From Auanema rhodensis (lineage: Eukaryota > Animalia > Nematoda): a stretch of DNA of 64,000 nucleotides. The DNA lies in the NCBI GenBank assembly GCA_964057225.1, contig OZ059897.1:17980001-18044000 (forward strand), given 5' to 3'. Made by a program: the position numbers and the translations under genes. The notes beneath the pieces were generated by a model. The model was not told where the DNA came from, ran no database searches, and was given only the letters and a program-made list of their open reading frames with translations. Positions 41,399-54,600 of this stretch are shown piece by piece. Numbering within the stretch: the stretch's first letter is position 1; each line of letters opens with the position of its first letter.

Positions 41399-44300
41399 GC
41401 TTAATACAAAAATTAGTTATAATCGTTTGAGAAATGATGCATTAGTGTATGTTGAGTTTCCATGTACACTCAACATTGCTTCCAAAAACATTTTGACAAA
41501 AATTTTTTCGAAAAATTTCAAAATAGTTTAGCAAAAAGTAGATGTTTTTAGATTCCATTTTTCAAGGCAAAGACGATGGACAATGTTATTCAACGAAAAA
41601 ATTAATTCTTCAGGGTGAAAATTGAGGATATAAGTGCGAACTTATATCAGTTGATATCTCGGTGCATTTTTAAGCTAGCGCAAATCTGATAACACAGATC
41701 GACGCAGCTTAAAAATCCGCATCGAATGCACTATACTACATTGAGAAACACTTGATACAAAAATTAGTTATGATCGTTTGAAAAATGATGCATTAGTGTA
41801 TGTTGAGTTTCCAAGTACACTCAACATTGCTTCCAAAAACATTTTGACAAAAATTTTTTCGAAAAATTTCAAAATAATTTAGCAAAAAGTAGATGTTTTT
41901 AGATTCCATTTTTCAAGGCGAAGACGATGGACAATGTTATTCAACGAAAAAATTAATTCTTCAGGGTGAAAATCGAGGATATAAGTGTGAACTTATATCA
42001 GTTGATATCTCGGTGCATTTTTAAGCTAGCGCAAATCTGATAACACAGATCGACGCAGCTTAAAAATCCGCATCGAATGCACTATACTACATCGAGAAAC
42101 GCTTAATACAAAAATTAGTTATAATCGTTTGAAAAATGATGCATTAGTGTATGTTGAGTTTCCATGTACACTCAACATTGCTTCCAAAAACATTTTGACA
42201 AAAATTTTTTCGAAAAATTTCAAAATAATTTAGCAAAAAGTAGATGTTTTTAGATTCCATTTTTCAAGGCAAAGACGATGGACAATGTTATTCAACGAAA
42301 AAATTAATTCTTCAGGGTGAAAATCGAGGATATAAGTGTGAACTTATATCAGTTGATATCTCGGTGCATTTTTAAGCTAGCGCAAATCTGATAACACAGA
42401 TCGACGCAGCTTAAAAATCCGCATCGAATGCACTATACTACATTGAGAAACGCTTAATACAAAAATTAGTTATAATCGTTTGAAAAATGATGCATTAGTG
42501 TATGTTGAGTTTCCATGTACACTCAACATTGCTTCCAAAAACATTTTGACAAAAATTTTTTCGAAAAATTTCAAAATAATTTAGCAAAAAGTAGATGCTT
42601 TTAGATTCCATTTTTCAAGGCAAAGACGATGGACAATGTTATTCAACGAAAAAATTAATTCTTCAGGGTGAAAATTGAGGATATAAGTGTGAACTTATAT
42701 CAGTTGATATCTCGGTGCATTTTTAAGCTAGCGCAAATCTGATAACACAGATCGACGCAGCTTAAAAATCCGCATCGAATGCACTATACTACATCGAGAA
42801 ACGCTTAATACAAAAATTAGTTATAATCGTTTGAGAAATGATGCATTAGTGTATGTTGAGTTTCCATGTACACTCAACATTGCTTCCAAAAACATTTTGA
42901 CAAAAATTTTTTCGAAAAATTTCAAAATAGTTTAGCAAAAAGTAGATGTTTTTAGATTCCATTTTTCAAGGCAAAGACGATGGACAATGTTATTCAACGA
43001 AAAAATTAATTCTTCAGGGTGAAAATTGAGGATATTAGTGCGAACTTATATCAGTTGATATCTCGGTGCATTTTTAAGCTAGCGCAAATCTGATAACACA
43101 GATCGACGCAGCTTAAAAATCCGCATCGAATGCACTATACTACATTGAGAAACACTTGATACAAAAATTAGTTATGATCGTTTGAAAAATGATGCATTAG
43201 TGTATGTTGAGTTTCCAAGTACACTCAACATTGCTTCCAAAAACATTTTGACAAAAATTTTTTCGAAAAATTTCAAAATAATTTAGCAAAAAGTAGATGT
43301 TTTTAGATTCCATTTTTCAAGGCGAAGACGATGGACAATGTTATTCAACGAAAAAATTAATTCTTCAGGGTGAAAATCGAGGATATAAGTGTGAACTTAT
43401 ATCAGTTGATATCTCGGTGCATTTTTAAGCTAGCGCAAATCTGATAACACAGATCGACGCAGCTTAAAAATCCGCATCGAATGCACTATACTACATCGAG
43501 AAACGCTTAATACAAAAATTAGTTATAATCGTTTGAAAAATGATGCATTAGTGTATGTTGAGTTTCCATGTACACTCAACATTGCTTCCAAAAACATTTT
43601 GACAAAAATTTTTTCGAAAAATTTCAGAATAATTTAGCAAAAAGTAGATGTTTTTAGATTCCATTTTTCAAGGCAAAGACGATGGACAATGTTATTCAAC
43701 GAAAAAATTAATTCTTCAGGGTGAAAATCGAGGATATAAGTGTGAACTTATATCAGTTGATATCTCGGTGCATTTTTAAGCTAGCGCAAATCTGATAACA
43801 CAGATCGACGCAGCTTAAAAATCCGCATCGAATGCACTATACTACATTGAGAAACGCTTAATACAGAAATTAGTTATAATCGTTTGAAAAATGATGCATT
43901 AGTGTATGTTGAGTTTCCATGTACACTCAACATTGCTTCCAAAAACATTTTGACAAAAATTTTTTCGAAAAATTTCAAAATAATTTAGCAAAAAGTAGAT
44001 GCTTTTAGATTCCATTTTTCAAGGCAAAGACGATGGACAATGTTATTCAACGAAAAAATTAATTCTTCAGGGTGAAAATTGAGGATATAAGTGTGAACTT
44101 ATATCAGTTGATATCTCGGTGCATTTTTAAGCTAGCGCAAATCTGATAACACAGATCGACGCAGCTTAAAAATCCGCATCGAATGCACTATACTACATTG
44201 AGAAACACTTGATACAAAAATTAGTTATGATCGTTTGAAAAATGATGCATTAGTGTATGTTGAGTTTCCATGTACACTCAACATTGCTTCCAAAAACATT

Positions 44301-45609
44301 TTGACAAAAATTTTTTCGAAAAATTTCAAAATAGTTTAGCAAAAAGTAGATGTTTTTAGATTCCATTTTTCAAGGCAAAGACGATGGACAATGTTATTCA
44401 ACGAAAAAATTAATTCTTCAGGTGAAAATTGAGGATATAAGTGCGAACTTATATCAGTTGATATCTCGGTGCATTTTTAGGCTAGCGCAAATCTGATAAC
44501 ACAGATCGACGCAGCTTAAAAATCCGCATCGAATGCACTATACTACATTGAGAAACACTTGATACAAAAATTAGTTATGATCGTTTGAAAAATGATGCAT
44601 TAGTGTATGTTGAGTTTCCAAGTACACTCAACATTGCTTCCAAAAACATTTTGACAAAAATTTTTTCGAAAAATTTCAAAATAATTTAGCAAAAAGTAGA
44701 TGTTTTTAGATTCCATTTTTCAAGGCGAAGACGATGGACAATGTTATTCAACGAAAAAATTAATTCTTCAGGGTGAAAATCGAGGATATAAGTGTGAACT
44801 TATATCAGTTGATATCTCGGTGCATTTTTAAGCTAGCGCAAATCTGATAACACAGATCGACGCAGCTTAAAAATCCGCATCGAATGCACTATACTACATT
44901 GAGAAACGCTTAATACAAAAATTAGTTATAATCGTTTGAAAAATGATGCATTAGTGTATGTTGAGTTTCCATGTACACTCAACATTGCTTCCAAAAACAT
45001 TTTGACAAAAATTTTTTCGAAAAATTTCAAAATAATTTAGCAAAAAGTAGATGTTTTTAGATTCCATTTTTCAAGGCAAAGACGATGGACAATGTTATTC
45101 AACGAAAAAATTAATTCTTCAGGGTGAAAATCGAGGATATAAGTGTGAACTTATATCAGTTGATATCTCGGTGCATTTTTAAGCTAGCGCAAATCTGATA
45201 ACACAGATCGACGCAGCTTAAAAATCCGCATCGAATGCACTATACTACATTGAGAAACGCTTAATACAAAAATTAGTTATAATCGTTTGAAAAATGATGC
45301 ATTAGTGTATGTTGAGTTTCCATGTACACTCAACATTGCTTCCAAAAACATTTTGACAAAAATTTTTTCGAAAAATTTCAAGATAATTTAGCAAAAAGTA
45401 GATGCTTTTAGATTCCATTTTTCAAGGCAAAGACGATGGACAATGTTATTCAACGAAAAAATTAATTCTTCAGGGTGAAAATTGAGGATATAAGTGTGAA
45501 CTTATATCAGTTGATATCTCGGTGCATTTTTAAGCTAGCGCAAATCTGATAACACAGATCGACGCAGCTTAAAAATCCGCATCGAATGCACTATACTACA
45601 TTGAGAAAC
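41399..45609. repeat. Local higher-order repeat: 4-monomer unit (about 1404 bp), about 3 imperfect copies
   Basis: The GGCGAAG variant lies at 41920, 43324 and 44727 (spacings 1404 and 1403; the shorter one spans the G deletion near 44421). The TGAGAAA variant lies at 41431 and 42835. Confidence 0.75.
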
Positions 45610-48600
45610 GCTTAATACAAAAATTAGTTATAATCGTTTGAAAAATGATGCATTAGTGTATGTTGAGTTTCCATGTACACTCAACATTGCTTCCAAAAAC
45701 ATTTTGACAAAAATTTTTTCGAAAAATTTCAAAATAGTTTAGCAAAAAGTAGATGTTTTTAGATTCCATTTTTCAAGGCAAAGACGATGGACAATGTTAC
45801 TCAACGAAAAAATTAATTCTTCAGGGTGAAAATTGAGGATATAAGTGTGAACTTATATCAGTTGATATCTCGGTGCATTTTTAAGCTAGCGCAAATCTGA
45901 TAACACAGATCGACGCAGCTTAAAAATCCGCATCGAATGCACTATACTACATCGAGAAACGCTTAATACAAAAATTAGTTATAATCGTTTGAAAAATGAT
46001 GCATTAGTGTATGTTGAGTTTCCATGTACACTCAACATTGCTTCCAAAACCATTTTGACAAAAATTTTTTCGAAAAATTTCAAAATAGTTTAGCAAAAAG
46101 TAGATGTTTTTAGATTCCATTTTTCAAGGCAAAGACGATGGACAATGTTATTCAACGAAAAAATTAATTCTTCAGGGTGAAAATTGAGGATATAAGTGCG
46201 AACTTATATCAGTTGATATCTCGGTGCATTTTTAAGCTAGCGCAAATCTGATAACACAGATCGACGCAGCTTAAAAATCCGCATCGAATGCACTATACTA
46301 CATTGAGAAACGCTTAATACAAAAATTAGTTATAATCGTTTGAAAAATGATGCATTAGTGTATGTTGAGTTTCCATGTACACTCAACATTGCTTCCAAAA
46401 ACATTTTGACAAAAATTTTTTCGAAAAATTTCAAAATAATTTAGCAAAAAGTAGATGCTTTTAGATTCCATTTTTCAAGGCAAAGACGATGGACAATGTT
46501 ATTCAACGAAAAAATTAATTCTTCAGGGTGAAAATTGAGGATATAAGTGTGAACTTATATCAGTTGATATCTCGGTGCATTTTTAAGCTAGCGCAAATCT
46601 GATAACACAGATCGACGCAGCTTAAAAATCCGCATCGAATGCACTATACTACATTGAGAAACGCTTAATACAAAAATTAGTTATAATCGTTTGAAAAATG
46701 ATGCATTAGTGTATGTTGAGTTTCCATGTACACTCAACATTGCTTCCAAAAACGTTTTGACAAAAATTTTTTCGAAAAATTTCAAAATAGTTTAGCAAAA
46801 AGTAGATGTTTTTAGATTCCATTTTTCAAGGCAAAGACGATGGACAATGTTATTCAACGAAAAAATTAATTCTTCAGGGTGAAAATTGAGGATATAAGTG
46901 TGAACTTATATCAGTTGATATCTCGGTGCATTTTTAAGCTAGCGCAAATCTGATAACACAGATCGACGCAGCTTAAAAATCCGCATCGAATGCACTATAC
47001 TACATCGAGAAACGCTTAATACAAAAATTAGTTATAATCGTTTGAAAAATGATGCATTAGTGTATGTTGAGTTTCCATGTACACTCAACATTGCTTCCAA
47101 AAACGTTTTGACAAAAATTTTTTCGAAAAATTTCAAAATAGTTTAGCAAAAAGTAGATGTTTTTAGATTCCATTTTTCAAGGCAAAGACGATGGACAATG
47201 TTATTCAACGAAAAAATTAATTCTTCAGGGTGAAAATTGAGGATATAAGTGTGAACTTATATCAGTTGATATCTCGGTGCATTTTTAAGCTAGCGCAAAT
47301 CTGATAACACAGATCGACGCAGCTTAAAAATCCGCATCGAATGCACTATACTACATTGAGAAACGCTTAATACAAAAATTAGTTATAATCGTTTGAAAAA
47401 TGATGCATTAGTGTATGTTGAGTTTCCATGTACACTCAACATTGCTTCCAAAAACATTTTGACAAAAATTTTTTCGAAAAATTTCAAAATAATTTAGCAA
47501 AAAGTAGATGCTTTTAGATTCCTTTTTCAAGGCAAAGACGATGGACAATGTTATTCAACGAAAAAATTAATTCTTCAGGGTGAAAATTGAGGATATAAGT
47601 GTGAACTTATATCAGATGATATCTCGGTGCATTTTTAAGCTAGCGCAAATCTGATAACACAGATCAACGCAGCTTAAAAATCCGCATCGAATGCACTATA
47701 CTACATTGAGAAACGCTTAATACAAAAATTAGTTATAATCGTTTGAAAAATGATGCATTAGTGTATGTTGAGTTTCCATGTACACTCAACATTGCTTCCA
47801 AAAACATTTTGACAAAAATTTTTTCGAAAAATTTCAAAATAATTTAGCAAAAAGTAGATGCTTTTAGATTCCATTTTCAAGGCAAAGACGATGGACAATG
47901 TTATTCAACGAAAAAATTAATTCTTCAGGGTGAAAATTGAGGATATAAGTGTGAACTTATATCAGATGATATCTCGGTGCATTTTTAAGCTAGCGCAAAT
48001 CTGATAACACAGATCGACGCAGCTTAAAAATCCGCATCGAATGCACTATACTACATTGAGAAACGCTTAATACAAAAATTAGTTATAATCGTTTGAAAAA
48101 TGATGCATTAGTGTATGTTGAGTTTCCATGTACACTCAACATTGCTTCCAAAAACATTTTGACAAAAATTTTTTCGAAAAATTTCAAAATAATTTAGCAA
48201 AAAGTAGATGTTTTTAGATTCCATTTTTCAAGGCAAAGACGATGGACAATGTTATTCAACGAAAAAATTAATTCTTCAGGGTGAAAATTGAGGATATAAG
48301 TGCGAACTTATATCAGTTGATATCTCGGTGCATTTTTAAGCTAGCGCAAATCTGATAACACAGATCGACGCAGCTTAAAAATCCGCATCGAATGCACTAT
48401 ACTACATTGAGAAACGCTTAATACAAAAATTAGTTATAATCGTTTGAAAAATGATGCATTAGTGTATGTTGAGTTTCCATGTACACTCAACATTGCTTCC
48501 AAAAACATTTTGACAAAAATTTTTTCGAAAAATTTCAAGATAATTTAGCAAAAAGTAGATGCTTTTAGATTCCATTTTTCAAGGCAAAGACGATGGACAA

Positions 48601-51600
48601 TGTTATTCAACGAAAAAATTAATTCTTCAGGGTGAAAATTGAGGATATAAGTGTGAACTTATATCAGTTGATATCTCGGTGCATTTTTAAGCTAGCGCAA
48701 ATCTGATAACACAGATCGACGCAGCTTAAAAATCCGCATCGAATGCACTATACTACATTGAGAAACGCTTAATACAAAAATTAGTTATAATCGTTTGAAA
48801 AATGATGCATTAGTGTATGTTGAGTTTCCATGTACACTCAACATTGCTTCCAAAAACATTTTGACAAAAATTTTTTCGAAAAATTTCAAAATAGTTTAGC
48901 AAAAAGTAGATGTTTTTAGATTCCATTTTTCAAGGCAAAGACGATGGACAATGTTACTCAACGAAAAAATTAATTCTTCAGGGTGAAAATTGAGGATATA
49001 AGTGTGAACTTATATCAGTTGATATCTCGGTGCATTTTTAAGCTAGCGCAAATCTGATAACACAGATCGACGCAGCTTAAAAATCCGCATCGAATGCACT
49101 ATACTACATCGAGAAACGCTTAATACAAAAATTAGTTATAATCGTTTGAAAAATGATGCATTAGTGTATGTTGAGTTTCCATGTACACTCAACATTGCTT
49201 CCAAAACCATTTTGACAAAAATTTTTTCGAAAAATTTCAAAATAGTTTAGCAAAAAGTAGATGTTTTTAGATTCCATTTTTCAAGGCAAAGACGATGGAC
49301 AATGTTATTCAACGAAAAAATTAATTCTTCAGGGTGAAAATTGAGGATATAAGTGCGAACTTATATCAGTTGATATCTCGGTGCATTTTTAAGCTAGCGC
49401 AAATCTGATAACACAGATCGACGCAGCTTAAAAATCCGCATCGAATGCACTATACTACATTGAGAAACGCTTAATACAAAAATTAGTTATAATCGTTTGA
49501 AAAATGATGCATTAGTGTATGTTGAGTTTCCATGTACACTCAACATTGCTTCCAAAAACATTTTGACAAAAATTTTTTCGAAAAATTTCAAAATAATTTA
49601 GCAAAAAGTAGATGCTTTTAGATTCCATTTTTCAAGGCAAAGACGATGGACAATGTTATTCAACGAAAAAATTAATTCTTCAGGGTGAAAATTGAGGATA
49701 TAAGTGTGAACTTATATCAGTTGATATCTCGGTGCATTTTTAAGCTAGCGCAAATCTGATAACACAGATCGACGCAGCTTAAAAATCCGCATCGAATGCA
49801 CTATACTACATTGAGAAACGCTTAATACAAAAATTAGTTATAATCGTTTGAAAAATGATGCATTAGTGTATGTTGAGTTTCCATGTACACTCAACATTGC
49901 TTCCAAAAACGTTTTGACAAAAATTTTTTCGAAAAATTTCAAAATAGTTTAGCAAAAAGTAGATGTTTTTAGATTCCATTTTTCAAGGCAAAGACGATGG
50001 ACAATGTTATTCAACGAAAAAATTAATTCTTCAGGGTGAAAATTGAGGATATAAGTGTGAACTTATATCAGTTGATATCTCGGTGCATTTTTAAGCTAGC
50101 GCAAATCTGATAACACAGATCGACGCAGCTTAAAAATCCGCATCGAATGCACTATACTACATCGAGAAACGCTTAATACAAAAATTAGTTATAATCGTTT
50201 GAAAAATGATGCATTAGTGTATGTTGAGTTTCCATGTACACTCAACATTGCTTCCAAAAACGTTTTGACAAAAATTTTTTCGAAAAATTTCAAAATAGTT
50301 TAGCAAAAAGTAGATGTTTTTAGATTCCATTTTTCAAGGCAAAGACGATGGACAATGTTATTCAACGAAAAAATTAATTCTTCAGGGTGAAAATTGAGGA
50401 TATAAGTGTGAACTTATATCAGTTGATATCTCGGTGCATTTTTAAGCTAGCGCAAATCTGATAACACAGATCGACGCAGCTTAAAAATCCGCATCGAATG
50501 CACTATACTACATTGAGAAACGCTTAATACAAAAATTAGTTATAATCGTTTGAAAAATGATGCATTAGTGTATGTTGAGTTTCCATGTACACTCAACATT
50601 GCTTCCAAAAACATTTTGACAAAAATTTTTTCGAAAAATTTCAAAATAATTTAGCAAAAAGTAGATGCTTTTAGATTCCTTTTTCAAGGCAAAGACGATG
50701 GACAATGTTATTCAACGAAAAAATTAATTCTTCAGGGTGAAAATTGAGGATATAAGTGTGAACTTATATCAGATGATATCTCGGTGCATTTTTAAGCTAG
50801 CGCAAATCTGATAACACAGATCAACGCAGCTTAAAAATCCGCATCGAATGCACTATACTACATTGAGAAACGCTTAATACAAAAATTAGTTATAATCGTT
50901 TGAAAAATGATGCATTAGTGTATGTTGAGTTTCCATGTACACTCAACATTGCTTCCAAAAACATTTTGACAAAAATTTTTTCGAAAAATTTCAAAATAAT
51001 TTAGCAAAAAGTAGATGCTTTTAGATTCCATTTTCAAGGCAAAGACGATGGACAATGTTATTCAACGAAAAAATTAATTCTTCAGGGTGAAAATTGAGGA
51101 TATAAGTGTGAACTTATATCAGATGATATCTCGGTGCATTTTTAAGCTAGCGCAAATCTGATAACACAGATCGACGCAGCTTAAAAATCCGCATCGAATG
51201 CACTATACTACATTGAGAAACGCTTAATACAAAAATTAGTTATAATCGTTTGAAAAATGATGCATTAGTGTATGTTGAGTTTCCATGTACACTCAACATT
51301 GCTTCCAAAAACATTTTGACAAAAATTTTTTCGAAAAATTTCAAAATAATTTAGCAAAAAGTAGATGTTTTTAGATTCCATTTTTCAAGGCAAAGACGAT
51401 GGACAATGTTATTCAACGAAAAAATTAATTCTTCAGGGTGAAAATTGAGGATATAAGTGCGAACTTATATCAGTTGATATCTCGGTGCATTTTTAAGCTA
51501 GCGCAAATCTGATAACACAGATCGACGCAGCTTAAAAATCCGCATCGAATGCACTATACTACATTGAGAAACGCTTAATACAAAAATTAGTTATAATCGT

Positions 51601-51695
51601 TTGAAAAATGATGCATTAGTGTATGTTGAGTTTCCATGTACACTCAACATTGCTTCCAAAAACATTTTGACAAAAATTTTTTCGAAAAATTTCAA
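45147..51695. repeat. Local higher-order repeat: 9-monomer unit (3157 bp), 2 copies
   Basis: Five marker pairs are exactly 3157 bp apart: 45382/48539, 45800/48957, 46050/49207, 47523/50680, 47666/50823. Confidence 0.93.
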
Positions 51696-54600
51696 AATAA
51701 TTTAGCAAAAAGTAGATGCTTTTAGATTCCATTTTTCAAGGCAAAGACGATGGACAATGTTATTCAACGAAAAAATTAATTCTTCAGGGTGAAAATTGAG
51801 GATATAAGTGTGAACTTATATCAGTTGATATCTCGGTGCATTTTTAAGCTAGCGCAAATCTGATAACACAGATCGACGCAGCTTAAAAATCCGCATCGAA
51901 TGCACTATACTACATTGAGAAACGCTTAATACAAAAATTAGTTATAATCGTTTGAAAAATGATGCATTAGTGTATGTTGAGTTTCCATGTACACTCAACA
52001 TTGCTTCCAAAAACGTTTTGACAAAAATTTTTTCGAAAAATTTCAAAATAGTTTAGCAAAAAGTAGATGTTTTTAGATTCCATTTTTCAAGGCAAAGACG
52101 ATGGACAATGTTATTCAACGAAAAAATTAATTCTTCAGGGTGAAAATTGAGGATATAAGTGTGAACTTATATCAGTTGATATCTCGGTGCATTTTTAAGC
52201 TAGCGCAAATCTGATAACACAGATCGACGCAGCTTAAAAATCCGCATCGAATGCACTATACTACATCGAGAAACGCTTAATACAAAAATTAGTTATAATC
52301 GTTTGAAAAATGATGCATTAGTGTATGTTGAGTTTCCATGTACACTCAACATTGCTTCCAAAAACGTTTTGACAAAAATTTTTTCGAAAAATTTCAAAAT
52401 AGTTTAGCAAAAAGTAGATGTTTTTAGATTCCATTTTTCAAGGCAAAGACGATGGACAATGTTATTCAACGAAAAAATTAATTCTTCAGGGTGAAAATTG
52501 AGGATATAAGTGTGAACTTATATCAGTTGATATCTCGGTGCATTTTTAAGCTAGCGCAAATCTGATAACACAGATCGACGCAGCTTAAAAATCCGCATCG
52601 AATGCACTATACTACATTGAGAAACGCTTAATACAAAAATTAGTTATAATCGTTTGAAAAATGATGCATTAGTGTATGTTGAGTTTCCATGTACACTCAA
52701 CATTGCTTCCAAAAACATTTTGACAAAAATTTTTTCGAAAAATTTCAAAATAATTTAGCAAAAAGTAGATGCTTTTAGATTCCATTTTCAAGGCAAAGAC
52801 GATGGACAATGTTATTCAACGAAAAAATTAATTCTTCAGGGTGAAAATTGAGGATATAAGTGTGAACTTATATCAGATGATATCTCGGTGCATTTTTAAG
52901 CTAGCGCAAATCTGATAACACAGATCGACGCAGCTTAAAAATCCGCATCGAATGCACTATACTACATTGAGAAACGCTTAATACAAAAATTAGTTATAAT
53001 CGTTTGAAAAATGATGCATTAGTGTATGTTGAGTTTCCATGTACACTCAACATTGCTTCCAAAAACATTTTGACAAAAATTTTTTCGAAAAATTTCAAAA
53101 TAATTTAGCAAAAAGTAGATGCTTTTAGATTCCATTTTCAAGGCAAAGACGATGGACAATGTTATTCAACGAAAAAATTAATTCTTCAGGGTGAAAATTG
53201 AGGATATAAGTGTGAACTTATATCAGATGATATCTCGGTGCATTTTTAAGCTAGCGCAAATCTGATAACACAGATCGACGCAGCTTAAAAATCCGCATCG
53301 AATGCACTATACTACATTGAGAAACGCTTAATACAAAAATTAGTTATAATCGTTTGAAAAATGATGCATTAGTGTATGTTGAGTTTCCATGTACACTCAA
53401 CATTGCTTCCAAAAACATTTTGACAAAAATTTTTTCGAAAAATTTCAAAATAATTTAGCAAAAAGTAGATGCTTTTAGATTCCATTTTCAAGGCAAAGAC
53501 GATGGACAATGTTATTCAACGAAAAAATTAATTCTTCAGGGTGAAAATTGAGGATATAAGTGTGAACTTATATCAGATGATATCTCGGTGCATTTTTAAG
53601 CTAGCGCAAATCTGATAACACAGATCGACGCAGCTTAAAAATCCGCATCGAATGCACTATACTACATTGAGAAACGCTTAATACAAAAATTAGTTATAAT
53701 CGTTTGAAAAATGATGCATTAGTGTATGTTGAGTTTCCATGTACACTCAACATTGCTTCCAAAAACATTTTGACAAAAATTTTTTCGAAAAATTTCAAGA
53801 TAGTTTAGCAAAAAGTAGATGTTTTTAGATTCCATTTTTCAAGGCAAAGACGATGGACAGTGTTATTCAACGAAAAAATTAATTCTTCAGGGTGAAAATT
53901 GAGGATATAAGTGCGAACTTATATCAGTTGATATCTCGGTGCATTTTTAAGCTAGCGCAAATCTGATAACACAGATCGACGCAACTTAAAAATCCGCATC
54001 GAATGCACTATACTACATTGAGAAACACTTGATACAAAAATTAGTTATGATCGTTTGAAAAATGATGCATTAGTGTATGTTGAGTTTCCAAGTACACTCA
54101 ACATTGCTTCCAAAAACATTTTGACAAAAATTTTTTCGAAAAATTTCAAAATAATTTAGCAAAAAGTAGATGTTTTTAGATTCCATTTTTCAAGGCGAAG
54201 ACGATGGACAATGTTATTCAACGAAAAAATTAATTCTTCAGGGTGAAAATCGAGGATATAAGTGTGAACTTATATCAGTTGATATCTCGGTGCATTTTTA
54301 AGCTAGCGCAAATCTGATAACACAGATCGACGCAGCTTAAAAATCCGCATCGAATGCACTATACTACATCGAGAAACGCTTAATACAAAAATTAGTTATA
54401 ATCGTTTGAAAAATGATGCATTAGTGTATGTTGAGTTTCCATGTACACTCAACATTGCTTCCAAAAACATTTTGACAAAAATTTTTTCGAAAAATTTCAA
54501 AATAATTTAGCAAAAAGTAGATGTTTTTAGATTCCATTTTTCAAGGCAAAGACGATGGACAATGTTATTCAACGAAAAAATTAATTCTTCAGGGTGAAAA

